Part shown: in pieces, positions 19,532-28,147 of the stretch
Numbering within the stretch: the stretch's first letter is position 1
Layout of the letters: every line of letters starts with the position of its first letter
Source: a virus
Lineage: Duplodnaviria > Caudoviricetes
IMG/VR virus record: IMGVR_UViG_3300049070_000134
Coordinates: 1 to 43,206 of that record
Length of the DNA: 43,206 nucleotides
Reading direction: 5' to 3' (one strand)
The notes under the pieces: model-generated
What the model saw: the letters and a program-made list of their open reading frames with translations, nothing else
Told to the model about the DNA's origin: nothing
Database searches by the model: none
Position numbers and translations under genes: made by a program

Positions 19532-19890
19532 TGCCAGACTGCCATCAGCAGGTCATTCGTATAGACCTGCACGACACAGAACGTCTGCCCGTTGATCGTC
19601 TCTGTCAACTGGCAGAGTTCGTAGAGATGCTTGACTCGCTCTCGTCCATCTTCGCAGAACGTTCCAAGATTCCGCAGGACGCCTCGGTAAAGGCAGAAGT
19701 TCGCATTCGTGCAGCACGTCGGCTCCGGGTCACCGAGGCAGCCGCCATTGTCGACGATGTGATACTGTCCTGCGGCTTCGATGTCCCACAGCGGATCCGT
19801 CGTCTCGATGTTACAGGGAGCCACAGGTGCACTGAGTGTGATAGCAGTCAGCAATGCAAGACAGAATCGCTTCACCATCTCATCCCCCAT
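19528..19890 (-). CDS. Secreted Cys-rich protein
   Basis: Signal peptide VKRFCLALLTAITLSA followed by 8 Cys in ~95 aa. Confidence 0.6.
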   Translation of the reverse strand: MGDEMVKRFCLALLTAITLSAPVAPCNIETTDPLWDIEAAGQYHIVDNGGCLGDPEPTCCTNANFCLYRGVLRNLGTFCEDGRERVKHLYELCQLTETINGQTFCVVQVYTNDLLMAVWQ

Positions 19891-20156
19891 ACGAGTCCAC
19901 AGAAGAGTTTCGGTTCGATTGACAGGTTCCCATCGACAAGCTCGACGGCTGCACCAGGACCGCAGCCAGCCGTCACGCCGAGGCGCTTCACTCGCGCCTT
20001 TGCGAGCTTCAAATCCCTCTCCATCTGGATAAGCTTCACATCGACGGCTCCAGCCTCTTCGATGGTGAAGCAGACGAGTCCAACGGGGCAGTCACGGACT
20101 GGATCTGGCTTCGCCGGAGCAGCCAGTGCAAGGGTGAGCAGAAGAGCTGCGATCAC
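19872..20156 (-). CDS. Putative outer-membrane spanin-like component
   Basis: Signal peptide, short coiled coil, C-terminal amphipathic beta-strands ending in Trp; overlaps i-spanin-like gene. Confidence 0.5.
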   Translation of the reverse strand: MIAALLLTLALAAPAKPDPVRDCPVGLVCFTIEEAGAVDVKLIQMERDLKLAKARVKRLGVTAGCGPGAAVELVDGNLSIEPKLFCGLVWGMRW

Positions 20157-20515
20157 TGAGTCCTCCGCAGGATCCGCTCCCGGATCCGGGCGGCTTCATC
20201 CTGGGCTTCGCGCTTCGTGGCTTCGGCCTCGATGGCAGCATGAAGGGCTTCCCCCTTGGCCGCCTCCGTGGCCCCAGGCGCCTTCGCAGCTTCGGCTGCG
20301 CGTCGTGCCTCGGCCTCTGCTCGGATGGCGCGAACGACGGCCGCGTCGGCCCGCTGGACCGCCTCCTGGGAGGCGTCCGTCTCGACACGTGCCTCCGCCT
20401 TCGCCGCGCCGACCTGCTCCCCCTTCCGGCGAGCACCGACCAGCAGGAGGAGGATGCCGCCGATTGCAGCGAGGGCAGCGAGGATGTACGCGGGAATCTT
20501 CCTCAGGAAGTTCAC
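20153..20515 (-). CDS. i-spanin (Rz)-like protein
   Basis: N-terminal TMD then Ala/Glu/Arg-rich coiled coil, in lysis cassette. Confidence 0.65.
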   Translation of the reverse strand: MNFLRKIPAYILAALAAIGGILLLLVGARRKGEQVGAAKAEARVETDASQEAVQRADAAVVRAIRAEAEARRAAEAAKAPGATEAAKGEALHAAIEAEATKREAQDEAARIRERILRRTQ

Positions 20516-20724
20516 TTCGCACCTCCATTCCGTGCCTCGGACGCGACCTTGAACGCGCCGCCACCGTAGACTCCGAGGTTGATCGCGCCGAACGCGGCAG
20601 CGATGGCACTGCCATCGATGCCACGACTCAGGAGACCGCCTGCGATGGCGACCTCCAAGAAGGCAAGGGCGATGTACCCTGGCCCCTTGCCCGCCAACTG
20701 GAGAAGCTCACTCATCTTCATCAT
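20512..20724 (-). CDS. Holin candidate (2 TMD)
   Basis: 70 aa MMKMSELL..., two hydrophobic segments, basic C-terminus; GGAGGAG RBS. Confidence 0.6.
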   Translation of the reverse strand: MMKMSELLQLAGKGPGYIALAFLEVAIAGGLLSRGIDGSAIAAAFGAINLGVYGGGAFKVASEARNGGAK

Positions 20725-20836
20725 CCCCGATCTCCTCCAGTTCCTTCCGGATCTCCTCGTGACAACTGCACGAGCATTCATCCGGGGAGTCGACACACAG
20801 GTCGCAGTCCCCGTCGTAGCACTCAATGGATCTCAC
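20708..20836 (-). CDS. 42-aa Cys-rich acidic mini-protein
   Basis: MRSIECYDGDCDLCVDSPDECSCSCHEEIRKELEEIGDDEDE; GTGA overlap with upstream stop; below ORF-track cutoff. Confidence 0.6.
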   Translation of the reverse strand: MRSIECYDGDCDLCVDSPDECSCSCHEEIRKELEEIGDDEDE

Positions 20837-21582
20837 TTGCCATATCTCCGTCGCAGGTAATCGAGGCTGACGAACATCGGGCAGTACCCGCCCTTGTCGA
20901 CCTCATGCTTCACGATGACGCCCCGCCAGTAGGCAGTCCCCTGGGGCGACAGGTACTCTTCTTCGTGCAGGTAGCACGATCCGGCGATGATGCCCCACTG
21001 CAGCGTCCCCCGCAGGGGCAGGCAGGCCACGTCAAGGCCCTGCTGGTGTCCTGCAGTACACGAACCGCCTTCTCGAACAAGCTGCGCTCTAGCCGATGGC
21101 GCTCCGCGCTTAGTCTGGGTGATTGCTCCAGAGGCGGATCGGGGGAAGAAGTGGGAATACGAGATCCCGTCGATAGACACAGCTTCCAGGTACTCATGCA
21201 CCTCCCATCGGGACAGGTTCAAATCCTTGAGGCCGATGGTGCCAGCCAGTTCCGCCTGCGCAGCGACAGCACGAGCGATCCGCTGCTCGTGGTTGCCGAT
21301 CAGGAAGACCATTCGATCCGGCCGGAACCTTCCCATCCCTTCCAGCAGCGCGTCCATGCCAGCGTTGCCAGCTTGGATGTCGGCTGCGTACCGCCTGCCT
21401 TCGAACCGAATCGTCCCTCTGTCATACGACGACAGGGACGGCATATCCCAGTGATCTCCCAGGTGCACAACGACGGACGGCTTCCGATCCGCGATGTAGC
21501 AGCCGATCCAACGCAGAAAGTCCGTGCGAACGCCCGGCTTGATCTGCGTGTCGGGGATCACGATGTGGCTACGTGCCTTCAT
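20833..21582 (-). CDS. Calcineurin-like metallophosphoesterase
   Basis: PDTQ, GDHWD, GNHE, SH, GHQQ motifs. Confidence 0.85.
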   Translation of the reverse strand: MKARSHIVIPDTQIKPGVRTDFLRWIGCYIADRKPSVVVHLGDHWDMPSLSSYDRGTIRFEGRRYAADIQAGNAGMDALLEGMGRFRPDRMVFLIGNHEQRIARAVAAQAELAGTIGLKDLNLSRWEVHEYLEAVSIDGISYSHFFPRSASGAITQTKRGAPSARAQLVREGGSCTAGHQQGLDVACLPLRGTLQWGIIAGSCYLHEEEYLSPQGTAYWRGVIVKHEVDKGGYCPMFVSLDYLRRRYGK

Positions 21583-21591
21583 GTCCCTCCT

Positions 21592-21747
21592 TCAGCGGGA
21601 GCGTTCGATGCGCTCCAACACTGCAGTGAATTCACGGTACGTGACGAATGTGCTGTGCAGATACGCCAGTGCACCTGCTACAGCGATGACGAATGCAAGC
21701 ACCAATGATCCCAACCTCACACCATTGGTGTTGCCATTGCCGTTCAT
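21592..21747 (-). CDS. Single-TMD membrane protein (holin/antiholin candidate)
   Basis: 51 aa MNGNGNTNGVRLGSLVLAFVIAVAGALAYLHSTF...; ATGA overlap with endolysin. Confidence 0.6.
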   Translation of the reverse strand: MNGNGNTNGVRLGSLVLAFVIAVAGALAYLHSTFVTYREFTAVLERIERSR

Positions 21748-22229
21748 GCAGTTACCTCAGGATCGCGAGGGATGTTGGTCCAGTGTTGCGGGTTGACGAG
21801 GATGCTGTTGCGGTACAGTTCCATGTGGATGTGATTCATCATCCGACTGGACCCTCCTTGCCTCTCATGGTAGTGCTTGACGTCCTGCGCGGTCGCGATC
21901 TGCTCCCCGGCGGTGACGACGGATCCGACTGCCAGTGATTCCAACCGTAGCCCATAGAGCAGCTTCACCTTCAAGTCAGCGAACTCGTCCGATCCGACGA
22001 TATGGATCGAGCCAAGGTCGCTGCCAGGGTAGGCGATGCCGATGTGGACGATGTTCCCGGTGATCGGGGCAACGACTACATCCCCCGGCTCGGCCAGGAA
22101 GTCGAGTCCCTTGTGCTTGTACTGCTGAATCCCCGCTCGCCTTGGTGCCCCGAAACCACCAGCGCCGTAGTCGTCGATGGTTCGGAGGCCACGGTAAGGC
22201 GAAACGGGGGGCTGGACTATCAGTGGCAT
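21744..22229 (-). CDS. M23 family peptidase endolysin (LECT2-like)
   Basis: HKGLD (HxxxD) and HIH (HxH) zinc motifs; first gene of lysis cassette; start placed downstream of promoter. Confidence 0.85.
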   Translation of the reverse strand: MPLIVQPPVSPYRGLRTIDDYGAGGFGAPRRAGIQQYKHKGLDFLAEPGDVVVAPITGNIVHIGIAYPGSDLGSIHIVGSDEFADLKVKLLYGLRLESLAVGSVVTAGEQIATAQDVKHYHERQGGSSRMMNHIHMELYRNSILVNPQHWTNIPRDPEVTA

Positions 22230-22238
22230 GGTACTGCT

Positions 22239-22267
22239 AGTATAGCCCCCCGTTTGCATTAGCGCAA
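22239..22267 (-). promoter_or_regulatory. sigma70-type promoter for lysis/packaging operon
   Basis: TTGCGC-17 nt-TATACT, 9 nt upstream of ATG 22229. Confidence 0.72.
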
Positions 22268-22690
22268 GTCCTCCCGCTGGATGACGAAGTGAATCGCCTC
22301 GGCGATCTGTGCGACGCTCACCGATGTCCAATCCGGATTGAGCGTCGTCACGCCGGGAAGTGCGTAGAAGGGATGATTCGGCTGACCGACGAATATCAAC
22401 GGCTTCCCTTGAGCGTACGTGTACCCGGCTTCGAAGTGCCGACCCGTCGTACCGTTGTGCTGCTCAGCCAGCGGGTTCGGGAAGCAGACGATCACGTCCG
22501 CCTCGTCGATGTCGTCCAGATCCCGCATCGCGACCTCACGGGACTTCGCGTCCCCTTCGGCGTACGCGCCTTCTTCACTGAGCCATCTGGAGGTGATGAA
22601 GTAGTCATACTCCCCAAGCGCCGCTGCCACCTCCTTCAGGAACGCTTGGTCTTCGAACTTGCCTGCGATGTAGATGTCAGAGATTCTCAT
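22259..22690 (-). CDS. Nucleoside 2-deoxyribosyltransferase / nucleotide N-glycosidase-like protein
   Basis: IYIAG, RDLDDIDEAD, GRHFEAGY (catalytic Glu), GKPLIFVG. Confidence 0.8.
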   Translation of the reverse strand: MRISDIYIAGKFEDQAFLKEVAAALGEYDYFITSRWLSEEGAYAEGDAKSREVAMRDLDDIDEADVIVCFPNPLAEQHNGTTGRHFEAGYTYAQGKPLIFVGQPNHPFYALPGVTTLNPDWTSVSVAQIAEAIHFVIQREDLR

Positions 22691-23196
22691 CGGAGCGATC
22701 CCTCGTGAAGGTCAGCAAGGGGAATGGATAGATTAGACAGATCACGGGAGGGCATTATATCCCCCGCCTTGAACTGCCTCGGTGAGGGATGATCAATGCC
22801 ACGCTGGAACTCCGTGGCAGTCAGTCGGTCTTGGCTCTTGTGCCGGATCACCCTTACCGCGTACAGTAGCAAGCAATAGTTGATGAGATCCGGCAGGTCA
22901 TTGTTGTCGAGGCCATGCTCGCTGTCGCCAAGGCGCTCCGGCGGGACAGCAGGCTGGAAGGCCTCCATCCGGATCCGCTGCATCTTGTCCGACATACGAA
23001 CGATGATCCCCATCTCCGTCGGGACGTCGAAGGCCTCGCAGTGACGGAGGTTGCGAAGTCCGTCCGTCGGGCCAGCGTAGGCACGGTTTCGCCCCACCAG
23101 CTTGGTGTTGGCGTACTTCGCCAACGCCTCAGTGAGGGAGAGGATCAACTCCGGCGACACGGCCGGGAGTGGGGTGTCTGCTTCGGGGAAGTTCAC
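22687..23196 (-). CDS. DUF1599-like (nucleotide-modification-associated) all-alpha protein
   Basis: RNRAYA...IIVRMSDKMQRI...DLPDLINYCLL; GTG start with GGAGG RBS. Confidence 0.7.
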   Translation of the reverse strand: MNFPEADTPLPAVSPELILSLTEALAKYANTKLVGRNRAYAGPTDGLRNLRHCEAFDVPTEMGIIVRMSDKMQRIRMEAFQPAVPPERLGDSEHGLDNNDLPDLINYCLLLYAVRVIRHKSQDRLTATEFQRGIDHPSPRQFKAGDIMPSRDLSNLSIPLADLHEGSLR

Positions 23197-23486
23197 AGGC
23201 TCACACCTCCGATGATGGCGTCCTTCCAGTACGACAACTTGATGAGATCGATGATCCTCTTCGCGAACCCAGCCAGCTTCTTCGAGTCGACGAGGCTCTT
23301 CGGATCCTCGCCATTCTTTATCACCTGCCGAACGTAGTCCCTCGCGATGAGACACGTGATCAGCCGGTCGCGGACGTACTGCTCACTGCCGGTCGGGGGC
23401 TTGATGTCGTACATCTCATTCAGCTCCTTCTCGTTGTAGCCGTACTCCGCGCCGACCTTGTGGAACTCTTCACGACTCCACTGCAT
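23193..23486 (-). CDS. Hypothetical protein
   Basis: MQWSREEF..., GGAGG RBS, coupled. Confidence 0.7.
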   Translation of the reverse strand: MQWSREEFHKVGAEYGYNEKELNEMYDIKPPTGSEQYVRDRLITCLIARDYVRQVIKNGEDPKSLVDSKKLAGFAKRIIDLIKLSYWKDAIIGGVSL

Positions 23487-23487
23487 G

Positions 23488-24672
23488 TCACCCTCCAATC
23501 AACTTCCCGTCCGGCAGCAGCTTCAGATGTTCCTCCCGCACCATTGCGGTCAGAGCCTCCTGAACCTCCCGTGGCTTCACCCCATGTGACGCCACGACTG
23601 CGCGGATGATTTCCTTCACTGTCAACCCACGCTCCCCCGACCCGCCGACGATCCTCTGGATCCCCGCACGCATTCGAGCGTACGGCGTCGGGACGAGGGA
23701 ACTGTACAACTGTGCCGTGCCGGGGATCAGCGCCTCCACGAGCTTCATCCCCTCACGCATGGACTGCTCGTCGAGCAGGTGGGGCATCCCTCCTTCCAGC
23801 AGGTTCACGACGGCAGCCAGCTTCAGCGCATGTGCCTGCACGCAGGAAGCGAAGTAGCCAAGTCGGATGTCCGCCGTCCGGCGTAGTTCCCGGACAGGGC
23901 CGACGTACCATTCGTCCATCGCTGCCTGCGCTGCTGGAGTCAGGATCATCGCCGTCCGATCCCGGAACGCACGTGGCCCAAGTCGCTGCGTCATCAGTTT
24001 CACGACCTTGTCGTACTTCGCCTTGTCCTTCACCGGCGAGGTTCGGTCGTCGCACTTCGGGCCATACTCGTTGACCGTCAGCAGCCGTCGCAACGCCCCG
24101 CCACTGAGCACCCTCGGATCCACCGTCTCGATCCAGTCGGGATTGGATGCCGCAACGATGACCGTATACGGTCGGAGCAGCATCTCGACGCCACGGGCAA
24201 CGGTCCGACGAGGATAGTCCTCCGGACAGTCCCACAACTCGCTGAGGAAGCCGAGGTTGTCGAGTTGATAGTCCTTCCCACCGATCAGGCGATGGAACTC
24301 CTCGGTGAAGATCAGTCCTCCACATCGTCCCTCCTCTTCGCTTCGTTCTGCCATCTCAGTCGTGATGGCTTCCATCGTGAAACTGCGCGGCAGCCGGGGA
24401 GTGTCGGGACACGCTTCTGCGAGCGCCTCGACGGCGAATCGCATCGGTGGACCCTTCCGTGCCCCAGGCGGTCCGAACAGCAGGACGTAGAGGTTCGTCT
24501 TGACACATGGCTCAGTGTTCGGGTTGACGATGATGCGCCCGTTGACCGCTGCCGACGCTGCCCCGAGGAAGCTATACAGCGAGTAGCTGTCAGGGAATTC
24601 GAACGGCTCAGTGAAGTCGAGCCAATCCGACAGCAGCCCTCCGGGACGGACGATGGAGCGGACTTCGATCAT
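23488..24672 (-). CDS. DUF3987 (YfjI-like) P-loop ATPase, putative replicative helicase-like protein
   Basis: TNLYVLLFGPPGARKG Walker A, LIFTEEF Walker B, LSELWDC, GGALRR; C-terminal wHTH-like region. Confidence 0.75.
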   Translation of the reverse strand: MIEVRSIVRPGGLLSDWLDFTEPFEFPDSYSLYSFLGAASAAVNGRIIVNPNTEPCVKTNLYVLLFGPPGARKGPPMRFAVEALAEACPDTPRLPRSFTMEAITTEMAERSEEEGRCGGLIFTEEFHRLIGGKDYQLDNLGFLSELWDCPEDYPRRTVARGVEMLLRPYTVIVAASNPDWIETVDPRVLSGGALRRLLTVNEYGPKCDDRTSPVKDKAKYDKVVKLMTQRLGPRAFRDRTAMILTPAAQAAMDEWYVGPVRELRRTADIRLGYFASCVQAHALKLAAVVNLLEGGMPHLLDEQSMREGMKLVEALIPGTAQLYSSLVPTPYARMRAGIQRIVGGSGERGLTVKEIIRAVVASHGVKPREVQEALTAMVREEHLKLLPDGKLIGG

Positions 24673-24908
24673 CGCAATCCATAGATACGGATCTTCACGC
24701 CGTAGATGTATACTCCGTCCATGTCATTGACTTCACGGATCTTATCATGTGACGTCCAGTCAGACATAGTTGTCAAGTAATTGTACATGATCTGCGCTGC
24801 CAACGCCTCTGTGACAACCAGCACCTTCACGCCGTCCATGCTCAACTGGCGAATGTACTCCATTGACCACGGCTCGACTGATGCCTTCTTCCTTCGGAAC
24901 CATCTCAC
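24669..24908 (-). CDS. Hypothetical protein
   Basis: GTG start overlapping upstream stop, 79 aa. Confidence 0.55.
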   Translation of the reverse strand: MRWFRRKKASVEPWSMEYIRQLSMDGVKVLVVTEALAAQIMYNYLTTMSDWTSHDKIREVNDMDGVYIYGVKIRIYGLR

Positions 24909-25144
24909 TGGTCCGCCTCCGGCAGGCGATACGCCCGCAGTGTGAGGGTCGCTGTCTCGCCCTCGACTTCGAATGTCCACATGTGCTTCAACCCACAGCC
25001 GCAGCAGGCTTGGAAGAACTCCGCTCGGAACACCTTCTCACCCTTGAAGCGAGTCAGCTTCATGACGGTCGGCTCACCGTCGCGGATGACAGGGTAATGC
25101 TCCTCGGGGTGCTTCTTCTGCTTACGCTTGCGAGGACGTGGCAT
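24905..25144 (-). CDS. Small Zn-binding protein (CCxCGLxH)
   Basis: ACCGCGLKH motif, basic N-terminus. Confidence 0.65.
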   Translation of the reverse strand: MPRPRKRKQKKHPEEHYPVIRDGEPTVMKLTRFKGEKVFRAEFFQACCGCGLKHMWTFEVEGETATLTLRAYRLPEADQ

Positions 25145-25892
25145 AGTAGTAGTCCTCCGGGAATCCCACCTGACCAAGCTTGACGACGACGCCGTCGTAT
25201 GGACGCGCCTCGTCGGACTCAAGTCGCTTCACCGCCCGTTCGCACCACCGTTCCTCGATCTCGATGCCGACAGCTTTGCGGTGCAGCCGAGAAGCAGCCA
25301 CGAGGGTCGTCCCTTCACCCATGAAGGGATCCCACACGACGTCGTCAATTGTGGTATGATTGCCCATCAGCTTCTCCACGAGCGACACCGGCTTCGGAGA
25401 CGGATGCCCGCCGTCCTTCTTCGGAGCCACGCGAGGGTGCTTGATGATGTTCCCCTGACTGTGTCCGCCGTACCACCGCTGCTTTTCACCTGGGGAAGTG
25501 CCGACGATGATCGTCTCATAGCAACGACGGTACCGTGGCCCCATCCCCAGTCCCGGCTTCTCCCAGATGAGCAACTCCGGGGGAGGGTTGTAGGGGAACT
25601 TGTTGAGCCACAGTACCATCAGGTCCGGCCTGCTGCCGGTGCAGAAGTACAGAATCGCCGATCCGGGCTTCGTGTAGATCTTCGAGCGGTGAATCGATTC
25701 GATGATCATCGGCAGATTGTCGTAGTCATTCGTGATCTCAGTTCGCTGCCCGCCCGTCTTCGACACCCACTGAGTGCCATACGGCGGGTCGGTAAGGACC
25801 ATGTCGAACTGTCCCTCCTCGAACTCTAATTCACGGAAGTCTCCGTGGTGGATCGTAATGCGGCCATCCTTACTTTGCCAATACGGTGTCAC
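25122..25892 (-). CDS. Orphan N6-adenine/N4-cytosine DNA methyltransferase (beta class)
   Basis: TDPPY motif IV before HPSPKP and DPFMGEGTT motif I. Confidence 0.92.
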   Translation of the reverse strand: MTPYWQSKDGRITIHHGDFRELEFEEGQFDMVLTDPPYGTQWVSKTGGQRTEITNDYDNLPMIIESIHRSKIYTKPGSAILYFCTGSRPDLMVLWLNKFPYNPPPELLIWEKPGLGMGPRYRRCYETIIVGTSPGEKQRWYGGHSQGNIIKHPRVAPKKDGGHPSPKPVSLVEKLMGNHTTIDDVVWDPFMGEGTTLVAASRLHRKAVGIEIEERWCERAVKRLESDEARPYDGVVVKLGQVGFPEDYYYATSSQA

Positions 25893-28147
25893 GCCACCTC
25901 CCTGAGTCCGTCAGGATTCTCCGTTGCATGATACTTCCCCCAGTTCCGGCCGATGGCAATGTCGACCGGACAGTGGAACAACCCGAAGCCTTCAATCTCC
26001 CCAAGCTCCGGAAACTCTCTCTCCATGATGGTACGGATGTGTGGGACCACGTCGGCTATGCAGCCGTCCGGGACGGTGAATCTTAGGCTATCGTGGGTCG
26101 TCGTGTCAAGTACGGCGTGCGGGATCCCATCCGCAGCGGGCAGCACAGACTTGATCATATCGGCTACGGTGGACTGGCCGGGGTATGCAAGCACCTGCTC
26201 GCGGTCTGCAGCCCACTTGCCTTCTTTCTCATCCCACTCCACATAGACCGGCAGCCGCCGTCCGAAGGGGTTGATGATGACACGGTCCTCCTCGGCGGTG
26301 CGGATCAAGTCCTCCTGGAACTTGTAGATCATCGGCCAACGCTTGAAGAAGTTGATGAGATACCGTTCACATGCTTCGACGGGGATGCCGTACAGCTTCG
26401 ACATCTTGAAGGCCTGCATCCCGTAGATGAGTCCCAGCCCGAGGCGCTTCCCAGCGTCGCGGAAGGGCTTCTGCCCGCCCATGAAGCTGAAGGTGGCTGT
26501 CCGGACGTTGTCGATTGTCACGTCAGTCCGGTTGAGCGCCTTCGCGATATCGAGGGCGTTGAAGGAATGGATGTCAGCGCCATCCTTCCACGCCTGCAGC
26601 ATCTTGATCTCCCTCGCGAGCCAAGCTTCGACTCGCATCTCCGCCTGGCTCCAGTCGGCTTGGATAAGCGAGTGCCCTGGCGGGGCGACGAACATCCGCC
26701 GGTCCTTGTCGTTCAGGTTCTGTCCTTGAGCGCCGCCAGCAGACCGTCGTGGCTTGTCCTCCTCTTCCATGTCAGCGCCGGAGGACAGCCGTCCCAACGC
26801 AGACCTGTGGAGCGACAGCCCGACGTAGACGCGGTTGTCGGCGGACACTTCCATCGACAGCGGGCCACTCAGACGATGCCGTGCGTGCTGCAACTCGACT
26901 CGGTGCTTCAGCACCGGCAGGTCAGGATTCCTCCGCGCCAGCTTCTCGATGCTGTCGTCGTCGACCTGCGGTTCCTTCTTGATCTTCGTGACGCTGACCG
27001 GCTTCAGCTTCAGGTGCGTGAAGAGCAGCCAGCGCCAGTGAGCGTCGGAGCCGACCTTGAACTCCGGGCCGATGGACTTCAGCTTCGCACGGCCAGCGCG
27101 GATCCGTTCGTATGTGCTGCGATTCGCCTCCCAGACTTGCTTGCAGCAAGGGGACTTGAGGCGCTTCGTCTTGCCGAAGTAGTCCGGATGCTCCGGGCAG
27201 GCCGCCAGCGTGGCCTGCAGCCCGTCGATAGCTGCCTGGATATTCGCGAGGCGCTTCTCATGCACCTCCGCTGTGAAGGCAGCCACTGCTGCTGACCGCT
27301 CCGCGATGAACTGCCGCGTCTCGTCGATCATCCGCTGCCGACGGTCGGGATCCACCAACAGCCCCCGGCACTCCATCCGCGAAGCCACCAGTCCCGCTGG
27401 AGCCACGATCCGAGTGAAGAGATCCCACAGTCCCATCTCCTTCAGGAGTTGCTGTTCCGCAAGCCACAGTAGGCCGTCGTAGAACGCGTCGAGGCCGCAG
27501 TAGAGCCATCCGTGCTGCCAGTCCGGTACTTCCGGCCAGCTTGCTCGGTAGATCGCCTTTGCAGCGTCTGTACCCGGCTGCTTCCAGAACGGCACGCCAT
27601 CCACAACGCGGAGGACACACTGCGCCAAGCCAAGCCAGCGGACGTCACCGCCGCCATCGCCTTGTCTGCTGCGGGACTGGGGCGGCCACACCAGCGAGGC
27701 AGCCTGAATCGTGTCCACGACCGGCCACTGTGGCTCAATGCCATACGCCCGGAAGGCCTTCATGTCGAAGCTGAAGTTGTGTCCGATCTTGACGCGCTTC
27801 GACTCCAGCACCTCCTTCATGATGGAGATGTAGTCCGCCTCCCACGGGACGACGTAGGCCATGTCGGTGTGGAGAGGCGCAACTCCGCAGATGGTGATCC
27901 TGTCGCTTAGGCCATCCGTCTCAACGTCGATGGCCAGCGGCCCGGAGCCACGGATCGCATCGGCGAAGTCGTCGGAGGCAGGGAAGCGGACGCGGGGGCG
28001 GCGGAACTTGCCTTCGCCCCTCGACCAGTTCGCTGCCCGACGGATGGCACGTCGGATCTCATCGCGGAACTGCGGCATCCCCCTCATCGCGAAGGCGGGG
28101 TGCAGCGATGCGACGACGGATTCGACGCTATCGGGGAGGTGCAGCAT
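25889..28147 (-). CDS. DNA polymerase family A with 3'-5' exonuclease and N-terminal UDG C-fragment
   Basis: IDVET, GHNFSFD, YCGLD exo motifs; ADWSQAEMR, KRLGLGLIYG, THDS pol motifs; GGAGGAAC-ATG start. Confidence 0.93.
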   Translation of the reverse strand: MLHLPDSVESVVASLHPAFAMRGMPQFRDEIRRAIRRAANWSRGEGKFRRPRVRFPASDDFADAIRGSGPLAIDVETDGLSDRITICGVAPLHTDMAYVVPWEADYISIMKEVLESKRVKIGHNFSFDMKAFRAYGIEPQWPVVDTIQAASLVWPPQSRSRQGDGGGDVRWLGLAQCVLRVVDGVPFWKQPGTDAAKAIYRASWPEVPDWQHGWLYCGLDAFYDGLLWLAEQQLLKEMGLWDLFTRIVAPAGLVASRMECRGLLVDPDRRQRMIDETRQFIAERSAAVAAFTAEVHEKRLANIQAAIDGLQATLAACPEHPDYFGKTKRLKSPCCKQVWEANRSTYERIRAGRAKLKSIGPEFKVGSDAHWRWLLFTHLKLKPVSVTKIKKEPQVDDDSIEKLARRNPDLPVLKHRVELQHARHRLSGPLSMEVSADNRVYVGLSLHRSALGRLSSGADMEEEDKPRRSAGGAQGQNLNDKDRRMFVAPPGHSLIQADWSQAEMRVEAWLAREIKMLQAWKDGADIHSFNALDIAKALNRTDVTIDNVRTATFSFMGGQKPFRDAGKRLGLGLIYGMQAFKMSKLYGIPVEACERYLINFFKRWPMIYKFQEDLIRTAEEDRVIINPFGRRLPVYVEWDEKEGKWAADREQVLAYPGQSTVADMIKSVLPAADGIPHAVLDTTTHDSLRFTVPDGCIADVVPHIRTIMEREFPELGEIEGFGLFHCPVDIAIGRNWGKYHATENPDGLREVA

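Noticed and set aside
19627-21708. 693-aa plus-strand ORF across the lysis cassette
   Set aside because: Pro/Arg/Ser-rich low-information translation overlapping several well-supported minus-strand genes
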